64,000 nt of DNA from Synergistales bacterium (GTDB lineage: Bacteria; Synergistota; Synergistia; Synergistales; JAFGMB01). Position numbers and translations under genes: made by a program. The stretch lies in assembly GCA_963666205.1 (NCBI GenBank), contig OY762654.1, positions 2,884,784 to 2,948,783 on the forward strand, in the 5' to 3' direction. The notes beneath the pieces were generated by a model. It was not told the DNA's origin, searched no databases, and worked only from the letters and a program-made list of their open reading frames with translations. Below, piece after piece: positions 33,106-43,333 of the stretch. Each line of letters begins with the position of its first letter. The stretch's first letter is position 1.

Positions 33106-33137
33106 AAATAGAGAGGGCTTTCAGGCTCTCTCTATTT
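33106..33137. terminator. Bidirectional terminator between glpX and hypF
   Basis: AAATAGAGAGGGC-tttcag-GCTCTCTCTATTT between convergent genes. Confidence 0.75.
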
Positions 33138-33162
33138 GGACAATGCAGGTTTCCCGTTCAAT

Positions 33163-35433
33163 CTAACTGTGCCATTTCCCAGATGCTATTGCCGCTTGTC
33201 CTACTGATATGCACTCATCGTTTGGAGACAGGATATTATGGGTAAGGACATTGAACCCCAATCTTTCCAGAACCAAACAGGTGTTTTCCAGAAGTCTTCT
33301 GTTCTGCCACACTCCTCCCGATAGAGCTACAGTATTTATTCCGGTATCTCTTGATATCCTTTTACATATCTCGCCTATCGTAAATGCCAGTCCACAATGA
33401 AAACATCCCGATATATCGCTTACGGAAAGTGAATTAATATTACGGATGACCCAGGTTATTGCAGTTCGCCAGTCAAGTATATACTTTCCTTCAGATTCCA
33501 TTATTTCAAAGGGCATTATTCCTTTCCCTTCTGCTCTGGATTCCATTTCGGATGCTGCTTGTCCCTCATAGGATGCTCTGGTGCATATATTTAATATGGA
33601 GGAAACCCCATCAAATAACCTGCCTGCTGATGTTGTTACCGGAGAAGCCTTTAGAGTCTTCATCACTCCAGGGATTTTCTTTGTGTAATCAGGCCATAGT
33701 TCTTCTGCAAGACCTATGGTTTTATCAGCTCCGAAAGACTTATACAGAAGAGATAATCCGTATCTCCAGGGTTCTAATATTGAACGTTCTCCACCCGGAA
33801 GAGTCGATGGGAGAAGGTAGCCTGCTCTTGTAAATGCCAAGGTATCACCAATCAGGAATTCTCCGCCCCATATAGTACCATCTGAGCCATAGCCTGTTCC
33901 GTCGAATATTACTCCGATTACTTCTTCATAGTGTCTGTTTTCAGTCAGGCAAGCGGCAAGGTGGGCATGATGGTGTTGAACCCCTAGAGTATCAACAATT
34001 TCTTCAGCTATTTCCCTGGCAAGAATCGTCGATACATATTGAGGGTGCATGTCATGGGCCAGGTATTTGGGACGTAGATTATAGAGTCTGAGGAAGTGTT
34101 TTAGAGCTTTCTTGTAATAATTTATTGTGGGGAGTTCTTTAAGGTCACCCAGGTACTGACCAGGGAAAAGCATTTTATCCTGGGTGAGGGAAAAAGTAGC
34201 TTTCATTTCTGCTCCAGCGCCCAGGATTACAGGAGAATTCACAGGAATCCCCAGGGGTGCTGGGACGAAACCTCTGGATCTTCGAATAACTATGTGTTTC
34301 TTTTCCATGGATGCTATAACTGAATCATCTATAGGCATGTGGATATCTCTGTCATGCATAAGAAAAATATCTGCTATTCCACTCAAATCTCCCAATGCTT
34401 CTCTGTTATCTCCGATAATAGGAGAATCGCTTACGTTTGCGCTTGTCATTATGAGATATCCGAAATGAGCCATGATCAAGTGATGAAGTGGAGTGTAGGG
34501 TAACATGATCCCGAGACAGTTCTGGCCTGGGGCAACTTCTGCGGAAAGAGGTGTATCTTTTTTTCTGTTGCATAAAACTATGGGTCTTTTAGCGGACATC
34601 AGGATCTTTTTTGCATTATCTGAGAGATAAATTATTCTCTCTGCGTTTTCGATGTCTTTTACCATTAGAGCGAAGGGCTTTCTTCGTCTACCTTTACGTT
34701 TTCTGAGCCTTATTACCGCTTCATCATTCAATGGGTTACAGGCAAGATGAAATCCGCCCAGACCTTTTATTGCTGCAATATTCCCGGATTCAAGCATATC
34801 GCAGCAAATATTTATAGCCTCATTATTCCGAGAGATTAATTCTCCTTTATTGTTACATAGCCATAATCTGGGTCCGCATTGGAAACAAGCATTCGGCTGG
34901 GCATGATATCTTCTGTCAGCGGGATCGGTATATTCAGCCTGGCATTCTCTACACATATCAAAACTGCTCATTGTCGTCTTTGGTCGATCATAAGGAAGGT
35001 CTTTGATTATACTATATCTGGGACCGCAGTTAGTACAGTTGATAAAAGGATAGCCATATCTTCTGTTGTTCTTGTCGAACATCTCTTCAAGGCAGTCACT
35101 GCAGGTAGCAATGTCAGGTGGAATTAGAACTTTCTGTCTTTCCATACGAATACTTTTTTCTATCTGGAAAGATCTGATATAAGTGTTTTCTATTTGGCAG
35201 CTGGAAATCGTAACAATAGAAGATATTGTGGAGGCATCGGGATTCTCCGCCTGGAGTCTTGCAATATAGCTTTCGATGCTTGATTCCAGCCCCCTCAGGA
35301 CGATCTCAACTCCATCAGAAGTGTTCCTGACAGATCCGGAAAGTTCTAGTTCTGATGCCAGCCTGGAGCAGAAAGGGCGAAAACCTACGCCTTGAACAAT
35401 GCCTGTTACAAGAAGTCTTGTTTCATAAAACAT
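33163..35433 (-). CDS. hypF: Carbamoyltransferase HypF
   Basis: Acylphosphatase VQGVGFRP, zinc fingers CxxC..NCTNCGPRY / CRECQAEY..CFQCGP, QHHHAH, DGTGYG, SGGV. Confidence 0.95.
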   Translation of the reverse strand: MFYETRLLVTGIVQGVGFRPFCSRLASELELSGSVRNTSDGVEIVLRGLESSIESYIARLQAENPDASTISSIVTISSCQIENTYIRSFQIEKSIRMERQKVLIPPDIATCSDCLEEMFDKNNRRYGYPFINCTNCGPRYSIIKDLPYDRPKTTMSSFDMCRECQAEYTDPADRRYHAQPNACFQCGPRLWLCNNKGELISRNNEAINICCDMLESGNIAAIKGLGGFHLACNPLNDEAVIRLRKRKGRRRKPFALMVKDIENAERIIYLSDNAKKILMSAKRPIVLCNRKKDTPLSAEVAPGQNCLGIMLPYTPLHHLIMAHFGYLIMTSANVSDSPIIGDNREALGDLSGIADIFLMHDRDIHMPIDDSVIASMEKKHIVIRRSRGFVPAPLGIPVNSPVILGAGAEMKATFSLTQDKMLFPGQYLGDLKELPTINYYKKALKHFLRLYNLRPKYLAHDMHPQYVSTILAREIAEEIVDTLGVQHHHAHLAACLTENRHYEEVIGVIFDGTGYGSDGTIWGGEFLIGDTLAFTRAGYLLPSTLPGGERSILEPWRYGLSLLYKSFGADKTIGLAEELWPDYTKKIPGVMKTLKASPVTTSAGRLFDGVSSILNICTRASYEGQAASEMESRAEGKGIMPFEIMESEGKYILDWRTAITWVIRNINSLSVSDISGCFHCGLAFTIGEICKRISRDTGINTVALSGGVWQNRRLLENTCLVLERLGFNVLTHNILSPNDECISVGQAAIASGKWHS

Positions 35434-35515
35434 TGACAAACCTCCGATCTCAAGGCATTTTAGTTCAATATGAAGAAGTTAACAAGTCCATATGTATTCT
35501 GACAGGATGGTGATT

Positions 35516-36043
35516 ATGATAGCAGAAGAGAAGGGGAGTATATTTCTGATACACGGTTATGGGAAAGGAAAGACGACTTTTTCGCTCGGACTTCTCCTCA
35601 GATGGGTAGAAATGGGAAATAAAGTGGGGGTTATCCAGTTCATGAAGGGTTATCAGTATTCCGAATGTTCCTTTATAAGGGATCTTAAGGGAGTCTCTTT
35701 TTTCCAGACTGGCACTCCCTTATTTGTCAAGAAGGGATCTCCTTCTCGTGTAGATATCAATGAGGCAGAAAGAGGCCTCTTGATAGCGAAAGACCTTATA
35801 AAAGACCCTGGATATAATATGGTAATACTTGATGAGATAAATGTGGCTGCAGATTATGGACTCATTTGTGCAAAAGAGGTAGTATCTATCATTCAGGAAA
35901 GGATATCTCATTTAACAGTAGTACTCACAGGAAGGAATCCTCCTGAGATCTTTTTTCCAATTGCTGATATCACTATAGAAATGCAGGAAGTCAAACATCC
36001 CTTTACAAAGGGAACTGTGGCGAGGAAAGGCATTGATTATTAG
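35516..36043 (+). CDS. cobO: Cob(I)alamin adenosyltransferase, CobO/BtuR family
   Basis: GKGKTT, IQFMKG, ILDEIN, VLTGR, KHPF..G..ARKGIDY. Confidence 0.88.
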   Translation: MIAEEKGSIFLIHGYGKGKTTFSLGLLLRWVEMGNKVGVIQFMKGYQYSECSFIRDLKGVSFFQTGTPLFVKKGSPSRVDINEAERGLLIAKDLIKDPGYNMVILDEINVAADYGLICAKEVVSIIQERISHLTVVLTGRNPPEIFFPIADITIEMQEVKHPFTKGTVARKGIDY

Positions 36044-36064
36044 TTACTTGAAAGGCAGGATAAT

Positions 36065-38611
36065 ATGGATAAAGCACATGCAAGAAGTATAGATGAGTTT
36101 TCTCATATTCTGGAAGTTTCTCTGGAGAGCGGTCTTTCTGAGGTTCGCGCTGAAGAGCTCTTGCAGAAATATGGCAAAAATCTTCTACAGGAATTAAAAA
36201 CAGAATCCTGGATGAAGCTGCTTATCCGTCAGTTTCTTTCACCAATGATATACCTCCTTTCTGCTGCTGCCTCAATCAGTTTAGCCATGAAAGAGTATCT
36301 CGACGGTGGTGCCATATTTCTTGTTATTCTTATTAACGGACTTATTGGATTTTTCACTGAATATAGAGCTGAACGTTCACTTGAAGCCCTTAGATCAATG
36401 ACTTCCCCAAGTTCCAGAGTCCTTCGAAACAGCGAAATCAGACTTATAAAGTCTGAATATCTTGTTCCTGGTGATATCATCCTTCTGGAGGCAGGAGATA
36501 TCGTACCTGCTGATGCCAGACTATTTCGAGTCAATAATCTGGCAGTAAACGAAGCATCCCTTACGGGTGAGTCTCTTCCTGTAGAAAAAAAACTGGATCT
36601 ACTCCCCCCAAATATAAACCTTCCCGACAGAAGCAATTGTGTTTATGCTGGGACTGCTGTAGTCAAAGGCACAGCAAGAGGAATTGTTTTTGCAACCGCT
36701 ATGCAAACCGAGTTTGGGAAAATAGGAGAGATGCTCCAGAAAGTTGTAACAAATGCTACCCCGCTGGAAGAGAGGCTTGCGAGGTTCAGTCGTTTTCTAA
36801 TTTATGCCACTATGGGTATAGCCTTTGCTGTTATCACTCTCGGCATATTGCAGGGTAGGGGACTGGTCAAGATGATAGAAACCGGGATAGCTCTTGCAGT
36901 TGCCGCAGTTCCTGAAGGACTTCCTTTTGTAGCGACCATGACCCTTGCCATCGGGGTAAGGCGAATGGCAATGTTAAAGGCTCTTGTAAGAAACCTTTCC
37001 TCTGTAGAAACTCTTGGTTCTACAACTGTAATATGTACCGATAAAACAGGAACATTAACGATGAATGATATGAGTGTGCGATCTGTTTATGTTGACCATC
37101 CAGATGCTCTTACAAGACTTATCAAAACTGCAGTATTGTGTAATGACGGAGAAATCTCTGCAGATGGCGTTATAGGAGATCCAATGGATATAGCATTGTT
37201 AAGGTATGCATCTGAGATGGGTTATGATTATCGCCAAATAAGGACTTCCTTTATCAGGTTAAGTGAAGAACCTTTTGATTCTGGTACGAAGAGGATGATT
37301 ACCTACCATCAATCAGGGATAGCCCTTAAAGGGGCTCCTGAGACAGTTATCGATCTTGTAAGATGTTTCATATGTCCTGAAGGCGAAGTAAGGACTCTGT
37401 CCACTGAAGATCGGAGTAACTGGAAAGAAAAAGTAAATTCCATGGCTTCCAGAGGAATGAGGACTCTGGCTTTTGCCTGGGGTAAATCTCTTGATGAAAT
37501 GGTTCTTTATGGTCTGGCCGGCATCGATGATCCTCCCAGACCTGAAGTCCCGGAAGCAGTGAGAAGCTGTCTAGAAGCAGGCATGCATGTTGTTATGATA
37601 ACAGGAGACCATCTTGCAACAGCGAATTCCGTAGCTCGAGAAGTGGGTATCCTTGAAGATCGGCATGATTCATCTCTTCTTGGTTCAGATCTTGACCAAA
37701 TCGCAGAAGATGATCTGCCTTCTCGGATCAGGCATGTTGCTGTTGTGGCTAGAGTTTCCCCTGAAAACAAGCTTAAGATAGTCCAGGGACTTCAAAAAAA
37801 TGGTGAAGTTGTAGCAATGACTGGAGACGGAGTTAATGATGCTGTTGCTTTGAAACAGGCAGATGTTGGTATTTCCATGGGTATCCAGGGAACTGAAGTT
37901 AGTAAGGAAGCTTCCGATATTATCCTGCAGGATGACAGATTCCTTACTATTGTTCATGCAGTTTCGGAAGGAAGAAGGATCTTTGACAATATAAGGAAAG
38001 CCATATTATTTTTGCTTTGCTGTAATCTTAGTGAGGTGCTTACTGTGTTTCTAAGCATTCTCCTGAAATTCCCTTCTGTCCTGCTGCCTCTTCAAATACT
38101 ATGGATAAATCTGGCCACTGATGTTATACCTGCTCTTTCCCTTGCGCTTGATCCTGCAGAGCCTGATCTTATGAAACGTCCTCCCAAGAGCAGGAATGAA
38201 GAGATAATTACTAACAAACATAAGGTGCAGATCTTTATTTACGGTTCTCTTATGACTCTGGGTGTGCTGGGAGTGTATCTATGGTCTTTGGGAAACCATG
38301 CTGGTGAATTTAGCAGAGCAACTGAAATGGGATTCCATACTCTTGTAATATCGCAGCTTTTCTTCGTGATCAATGTGAGAAAAGACAGTATTATGAAAAG
38401 TCCCTCCCAGCTATGGTCAAATAGCTGGTTAATTGGTGGAATTCTTCTTTCACTTTTATTGCAGATTCTTATAACCTATATCCCTGTTTTCCAGGTTGTT
38501 CTGAAAATAGTACCTCTAGGTTTTAATGAATGGGCAGTTATATTCATGGGGGCGTTATTTCCTACAACTGTTGCCCAGTTGAAAAAGATCATTGAGGAAA
38601 AAATAGCATGA
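36065..38611 (+). CDS. Cation-transporting P-type ATPase (type IIA, Ca2+-like)
   Basis: TGES, VPEGL, DKTGTLT, KGAPE, TGDGVND, LWINLATD. Confidence 0.93.
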   Translation: MDKAHARSIDEFSHILEVSLESGLSEVRAEELLQKYGKNLLQELKTESWMKLLIRQFLSPMIYLLSAAASISLAMKEYLDGGAIFLVILINGLIGFFTEYRAERSLEALRSMTSPSSRVLRNSEIRLIKSEYLVPGDIILLEAGDIVPADARLFRVNNLAVNEASLTGESLPVEKKLDLLPPNINLPDRSNCVYAGTAVVKGTARGIVFATAMQTEFGKIGEMLQKVVTNATPLEERLARFSRFLIYATMGIAFAVITLGILQGRGLVKMIETGIALAVAAVPEGLPFVATMTLAIGVRRMAMLKALVRNLSSVETLGSTTVICTDKTGTLTMNDMSVRSVYVDHPDALTRLIKTAVLCNDGEISADGVIGDPMDIALLRYASEMGYDYRQIRTSFIRLSEEPFDSGTKRMITYHQSGIALKGAPETVIDLVRCFICPEGEVRTLSTEDRSNWKEKVNSMASRGMRTLAFAWGKSLDEMVLYGLAGIDDPPRPEVPEAVRSCLEAGMHVVMITGDHLATANSVAREVGILEDRHDSSLLGSDLDQIAEDDLPSRIRHVAVVARVSPENKLKIVQGLQKNGEVVAMTGDGVNDAVALKQADVGISMGIQGTEVSKEASDIILQDDRFLTIVHAVSEGRRIFDNIRKAILFLLCCNLSEVLTVFLSILLKFPSVLLPLQILWINLATDVIPALSLALDPAEPDLMKRPPKSRNEEIITNKHKVQIFIYGSLMTLGVLGVYLWSLGNHAGEFSRATEMGFHTLVISQLFFVINVRKDSIMKSPSQLWSNSWLIGGILLSLLLQILITYIPVFQVVLKIVPLGFNEWAVIFMGALFPTTVAQLKKIIEEKIA

Positions 38612-39669
38612 CCAGTGTTCTTGTCGGTATGAGTGGCGGACTTGATAGCTCTTTTGCAGCCTACCTGCTTAAAAAGAAGGGGCTGGATGTCCACGGTATT
38701 TTTTTCCGTATGGCAGGAGAAATAGACCATGCGAAACAAACGAAAGTTTCAAATATCTGTGCGATCCTAGACATCCCTCTGATTATCGAAGACTGCTCTG
38801 ATATCTTCCAATGGGCAGTTATCAAGCCTTTTATTGAGTCTTATTTAAAGGGCTTTACTCCCAATCCCTGTGTTATCTGTAATGCGGAAGTTAAATTTGA
38901 TCTGTTGTTTCGCTATGCCGACCAGAATGGAATAGATTTAGTCTCGAGCGGACATTATGCTAGACTTTCAGTTGATTTGGATGGATCTCGTTCTCTTTTA
39001 AGAGGTATAGATCCCTTGAAAGATCAGAGTTATATGTTATACAGGTTAAAACATGAGTGGTTCCAAAAGCTTGTTTTTCCTCTTGGATCGGTTCATAAAT
39101 CTGAGATAAAGGTCGTTTCAGAAAATATCTTTGGTGAATTACTGAAAAATGATAGAGAAAGCCAGGATATCTGTTTCTTGCAGGGTATTAGCCTCAGGGA
39201 ACTGTTACAGGATAAAGCAGGAACTATGTATGATTATACTGGACCTATAGTAGACACAAGAGGCAACATTCTTGGAGAACACCGGGGAGTTTACCGTTAT
39301 ACTGTTGGACAGAGACGGGGTCTGGCGCTACAGGGAGGGCCATGGTTCGTTATTTCTCTTGATCCCATCAACAAAAGGGTAATAGTCGGTAAGGAAAATG
39401 AACTTTTTCCCTCTATTATTAATTGCTCTTCTCCCGTATGGCATGATAAGGTATCTGTGGGAGACGAATTATTTGCACAACATAGATACAGGAGCAGTCC
39501 TGTCAGAATAAGGGTAACTTCAATCGAAAGAGATCAATTTATAATAGAGGCACTGGAAGCTATGAAAGCACCTGCTCCAGGTCAGTCGTTAGTCTTATAT
39601 TCCCAAGATAAAGTGGTTGGTGGGGGCACAATTCTGTCAACAAGGGAGGTTTTTAAATGTCAGCGATAG
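38608..39669 (+). CDS. mnmA: tRNA 2-thiouridylase
   Basis: GMSGGLDS, TPNPCVICN, SGHYA, KDQSY, ESQDICF, YTVGQRRG, PGQ. Confidence 0.94.
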   Translation: MTSVLVGMSGGLDSSFAAYLLKKKGLDVHGIFFRMAGEIDHAKQTKVSNICAILDIPLIIEDCSDIFQWAVIKPFIESYLKGFTPNPCVICNAEVKFDLLFRYADQNGIDLVSSGHYARLSVDLDGSRSLLRGIDPLKDQSYMLYRLKHEWFQKLVFPLGSVHKSEIKVVSENIFGELLKNDRESQDICFLQGISLRELLQDKAGTMYDYTGPIVDTRGNILGEHRGVYRYTVGQRRGLALQGGPWFVISLDPINKRVIVGKENELFPSIINCSSPVWHDKVSVGDELFAQHRYRSSPVRIRVTSIERDQFIIEALEAMKAPAPGQSLVLYSQDKVVGGGTILSTREVFKCQR

Positions 39670-42122
39670 TGGATACCGAATTAAACGTAAAGGATCTCAG
39701 GAAGCGACTGGATTGTTCTACCCTGGGTTTTGAAACAACAAAGGAACTTCCGGGACTTAAAGATTTTATAGGCCAGGAAAGAGCAGTCAAGGCGATGTCT
39801 TTTGGCCTGGCTGTGAATAGTAAAGGGTATAACATCTTTGTCCTCGGAGAACCTGGAAGTGGACGAACAACATATGCCCTGGACAGACTTGGTGAAGTGG
39901 CCAGGAATGTGCCGGCTCCTGATGACTGGGTTTATGTTTATAATTTCAATGATCCAGGAAAACCTATTGCAATGGAACTACCGGCAGGTAAGGGTAAGGA
40001 ACTGGAAACGACTTTTGGTTCCCTCCTGGATGAACTTAAAGTAACCATTAGTAAAGCTTTTGAAAAGAGCCAATATGAAGACGGAAAGGCTCAGCTTGTC
40101 AAGGGTTTCCAGGAGGATGTTAACCTCCTTATGGAAGAGGTCCGGAATTGGGCATCGGGTCTCGGTTTTTCTCTTAAAAGAACTCCTCAGGGTTTTGTCA
40201 ATATTCCCATGAAAGAAGAGATTAACGATGATGGAGAAAAGGTTTCCAGGGAAATACAGCAGGAAGAATTCGAAAACCTTTCCGAAGAGCAGCAAAAAGA
40301 ACTTCAGGAGAAATCCGAGCAGGTTTCCCTGAAAACACTTGAAGTTCTAAGAACAATTCGAGATAAGGAAAAATCTCTCAAAGAAAAGATCAATGAACTG
40401 GAAGCTGAGATCTGTAGGACAGCTATTACACCCTATCTTGAAGAAATAAAGGAGAAATACAAAAGTAATGAAAAACTATGTGAATGGATCGATTTCCTGA
40501 CTGAAGATATAGTAACCAATTTTAATGTTTTTGTTGCGGCTGCGAAAGACGAGTCAGCTGAGGTTGATTTCAGTCGTTACACGATCAACGTACTTGTGAG
40601 CAATGACCCTGATGTAGGGGCTCCCGTAATCTGGGCAACGAACCCTACTTATTATAACCTTAACGGTAAACTTGAATATGAGAGCAGGCAGGGTTATCTA
40701 TACACGGACTTCCGCAAGATCATGGCGGGTGACTTCCACCGTGCTAATGGAGGATATATTCTTCTTGATGCTGAAAAAGTTTTACGTAATTTCATGGCAT
40801 GGGAGGGACTTAAGCAGATTCTACGTACCGGGGAGATCAGGATAGAGAATCTTGGTGAACAGTATGGAGCCATCCCTGTTTCTTCGCTGAGACCTCAGCC
40901 AATTCCCATAAACGTAAAAGTTGTAATGGTAGGAACAAGATACCTTTACAGATTGCTTCAAATCTACGATCCAGAGTTTCAGAAGATATTCAAAATAAAG
41001 GCAGATTTTGATATTGACATGACAAGGACTCCCGAATCTGAAAAAGAAATGGCTCTTTTTGTTTCGAGTTTTATCGAAAAGGAACAGAATATAAAACCCT
41101 TTACTTGTGATGGAGTCGGAGAAGTTGTTGAATGGTCATGCCGTCTTGCAGATCATCAGAATCGAATGTCTACGCAGTTCAACAGGATAACAGAAGTAAT
41201 TGTTGAGGCATCAGCCTGGGCTGGGATGGATGGTGCTGACGTCGTTACATCTGATCATGTCTATAAGGCAATTCAGGAAAAAAGATTCCGTTCCAACCTG
41301 ATTCAGGAAAGAATTGATAGAGCTTTCCACGAAAATCTTATAAGAATAGACACTGAAGGTACCCGGATTGGTCAGATAAACGGTCTGGCTGTACTAAGCC
41401 TGGAAGACTATATGTTCGGCCATCCTTCCCGTATAACTGCCAATGTGTTTATGGGAAAAGAAGGGGTCGTAAATATAGAAAGAGAAGTAAAAATGGCTGG
41501 TCCTATTCATAATAAAGGATTACTCATTCTGAGCAGTTACCTTGGTAGCAAGTATGCTCAGGATATGCCTCTATCCCTTTCAGCGAGGATAGCTTTTGAA
41601 CAGAATTATGGAGGAATTGAGGGAGACAGTGCATCTTCAACTGAGCTGTATTGCCTTCTTTCTGCTCTTTCAGATGTACCTCTGAAGCAGTCCGTAGCCG
41701 TAACTGGTTCGGTTGACCAGTTTGGCAACATACAGCCTATTGGGGGAGTTAATGAGAAGATTGAAGGGTTTTTCCGCTTTTGTAAAGCAAGAGGTCTGAA
41801 GGGTGACCAAGGTGTTATGATACCCTGGCAGAATTGCATAAACCTCATGCTCAATAAGGAAGTAGTCAATGCAGTCGAAGAAGGGACTTTCCATGTATGG
41901 GCAATTAAGACCATTGATCAGGGTATTGAAATTCTTACTGATGTACCTGCAGGTGAAGCTGGCCCTGACGGGGTCTATCCGGAAGATTGCATTCATGGCA
42001 AGGTTAAAACCCGCCTTAAGAGCTGGTTAGATATATCTGTCAGCTTAACCAAGCAACTTGGAGGTAATAACGATTCCGGAAAAGCCGATAGTGAAAAGCC
42101 GGAACTGTACAGCAATGCGTAA
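39657..42122 (+). CDS. Lon-like (S16, LonC-type) protease
   Basis: FIGQERA, GEPGSGRTT, HRANGG, GQINGL, EGDSAS and GGVNEKIEGF Ser-Lys dyad. Confidence 0.9.
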   Translation: MSAIVDTELNVKDLRKRLDCSTLGFETTKELPGLKDFIGQERAVKAMSFGLAVNSKGYNIFVLGEPGSGRTTYALDRLGEVARNVPAPDDWVYVYNFNDPGKPIAMELPAGKGKELETTFGSLLDELKVTISKAFEKSQYEDGKAQLVKGFQEDVNLLMEEVRNWASGLGFSLKRTPQGFVNIPMKEEINDDGEKVSREIQQEEFENLSEEQQKELQEKSEQVSLKTLEVLRTIRDKEKSLKEKINELEAEICRTAITPYLEEIKEKYKSNEKLCEWIDFLTEDIVTNFNVFVAAAKDESAEVDFSRYTINVLVSNDPDVGAPVIWATNPTYYNLNGKLEYESRQGYLYTDFRKIMAGDFHRANGGYILLDAEKVLRNFMAWEGLKQILRTGEIRIENLGEQYGAIPVSSLRPQPIPINVKVVMVGTRYLYRLLQIYDPEFQKIFKIKADFDIDMTRTPESEKEMALFVSSFIEKEQNIKPFTCDGVGEVVEWSCRLADHQNRMSTQFNRITEVIVEASAWAGMDGADVVTSDHVYKAIQEKRFRSNLIQERIDRAFHENLIRIDTEGTRIGQINGLAVLSLEDYMFGHPSRITANVFMGKEGVVNIEREVKMAGPIHNKGLLILSSYLGSKYAQDMPLSLSARIAFEQNYGGIEGDSASSTELYCLLSALSDVPLKQSVAVTGSVDQFGNIQPIGGVNEKIEGFFRFCKARGLKGDQGVMIPWQNCINLMLNKEVVNAVEEGTFHVWAIKTIDQGIEILTDVPAGEAGPDGVYPEDCIHGKVKTRLKSWLDISVSLTKQLGGNNDSGKADSEKPELYSNA

Positions 42123-42855
42123 ACCAGTTAATTATTCGAACGATATAAAAAATGAGGTTCTATCCAAGGATCACAACATTAAAATAACTCTGGATATCCT
42201 TGAGAAAACCTGGGGAATGGAAAGTAACCCCCCTGATCTTGGACACGAGGACCCACTAGATGGACTGATATTGACTTTATTATCCCAAAATACTAATGAC
42301 AGGAACCGGGATATTGCTTTCTCAAGGCTTAAAGATGCTTATCAACAATGGGATGATGTTTATAAAGCAAGTCCAGAAGAGCTGGTTTATCTTATAAGAC
42401 CTGCTGGTTTGGCTAACATTAAAGCCAGGAGAATAAGATATATTCTTGAAATTATACTCGAGGAATTTGGTGAATTATCTTTAAAAATTCTTAAAAGAGC
42501 AAGCAGAGAAAGGGTCCAGTCTCTGCTTCAGCGGATGCCTGGAGTCGGTCCAAAGACGATAGCCTGTGTCCTTGTTTTTGAACTTGGAATACCGGCTTTC
42601 CCAGTAGATACTCATGTTTCTCGATTCTGCAGAAGAATAGGGTGGGTTGGCAGTAACCTTAAGCCAGAAGAGATCCAGCAGGTAATGGAAGGAATTATTG
42701 AGCCTTCGAGATTTCTGGGAGCCCATCTGAACATAATTTCACATGGAAGAGGTATATGTACAGCAAGGAAACCCAAATGTGAAAAATGTTCTCTTCGGCC
42801 CAGCTGCAACTATCATCGCAGAGAAAAAACATTACCTTACCAGAATAATGTTTAA
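42115..42855 (+). CDS. nth: Endonuclease III (HhH-GPD, 4Fe-4S)
   Basis: LSQNTND, MPGVGPKT, FPVDTHV, CTARKPKCEKCSLRPSC. Confidence 0.9.
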   Translation: MRKPVNYSNDIKNEVLSKDHNIKITLDILEKTWGMESNPPDLGHEDPLDGLILTLLSQNTNDRNRDIAFSRLKDAYQQWDDVYKASPEELVYLIRPAGLANIKARRIRYILEIILEEFGELSLKILKRASRERVQSLLQRMPGVGPKTIACVLVFELGIPAFPVDTHVSRFCRRIGWVGSNLKPEEIQQVMEGIIEPSRFLGAHLNIISHGRGICTARKPKCEKCSLRPSCNYHRREKTLPYQNNV

Positions 42856-42905
42856 ACACAACTAACGGCCCTTTATGACAGAAGGGCCGTTAGTTGTGTT
42901 TAAAC
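42850..42905. terminator. 24-bp perfect inverted repeat, probable bidirectional terminator
   Basis: GTTTAAACACAACTAACGGCCCTT-8 nt-AAGGGCCGTTAGTTGTGTTTAAAC between convergent nth and yerC-like genes. Confidence 0.8.
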
Positions 42906-42908
42906 CGT

Positions 42909-43196
42909 CTACTTCTTTAATCGCTCAAGTACGATCTTATACCCATCAGCGCCATATTCAAGGAATTTCTTGACCCTGCTTATTGTAGCGGTGCTGGCGC
43001 CTGTTTGCTGGGCTATCTGGGGATAGGTGTAGCCATCATCCAAAAGCCTTGCAACTTCAAGCCTCTGTGCGAGTGCTCGTATTTCGCCAATGGTGGCAAT
43101 ATCTTCAAGGAAACAGTAAACTTCCTCCGGGTTATCAAGGGCAAGTACAGCCCTTGAAAGTTGATCGGTAAGACGATCTTTCCATTTCTCCACCAT
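42909..43196 (-). CDS. YerC/YecD TrpR-related regulator
   Basis: FLEDIATIGE, QRLEVA, TY..I...TGASTATISRV, YG.DGY. Confidence 0.9.
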   Translation of the reverse strand: MVEKWKDRLTDQLSRAVLALDNPEEVYCFLEDIATIGEIRALAQRLEVARLLDDGYTYPQIAQQTGASTATISRVKKFLEYGADGYKIVLERLKK

Positions 43197-43333
43197 ATTT
43201 TTCACCCCTTCTGGAAAATACAACCTTAATCATTTAGCAAGATTGTAGCAGTAATATTTCCACAATGCAAGCCTGTAACAAATCATCTAAAAGAAGAGCT
43301 AAAGCGGCATGCCTATCCTTTGATCAATGATCA

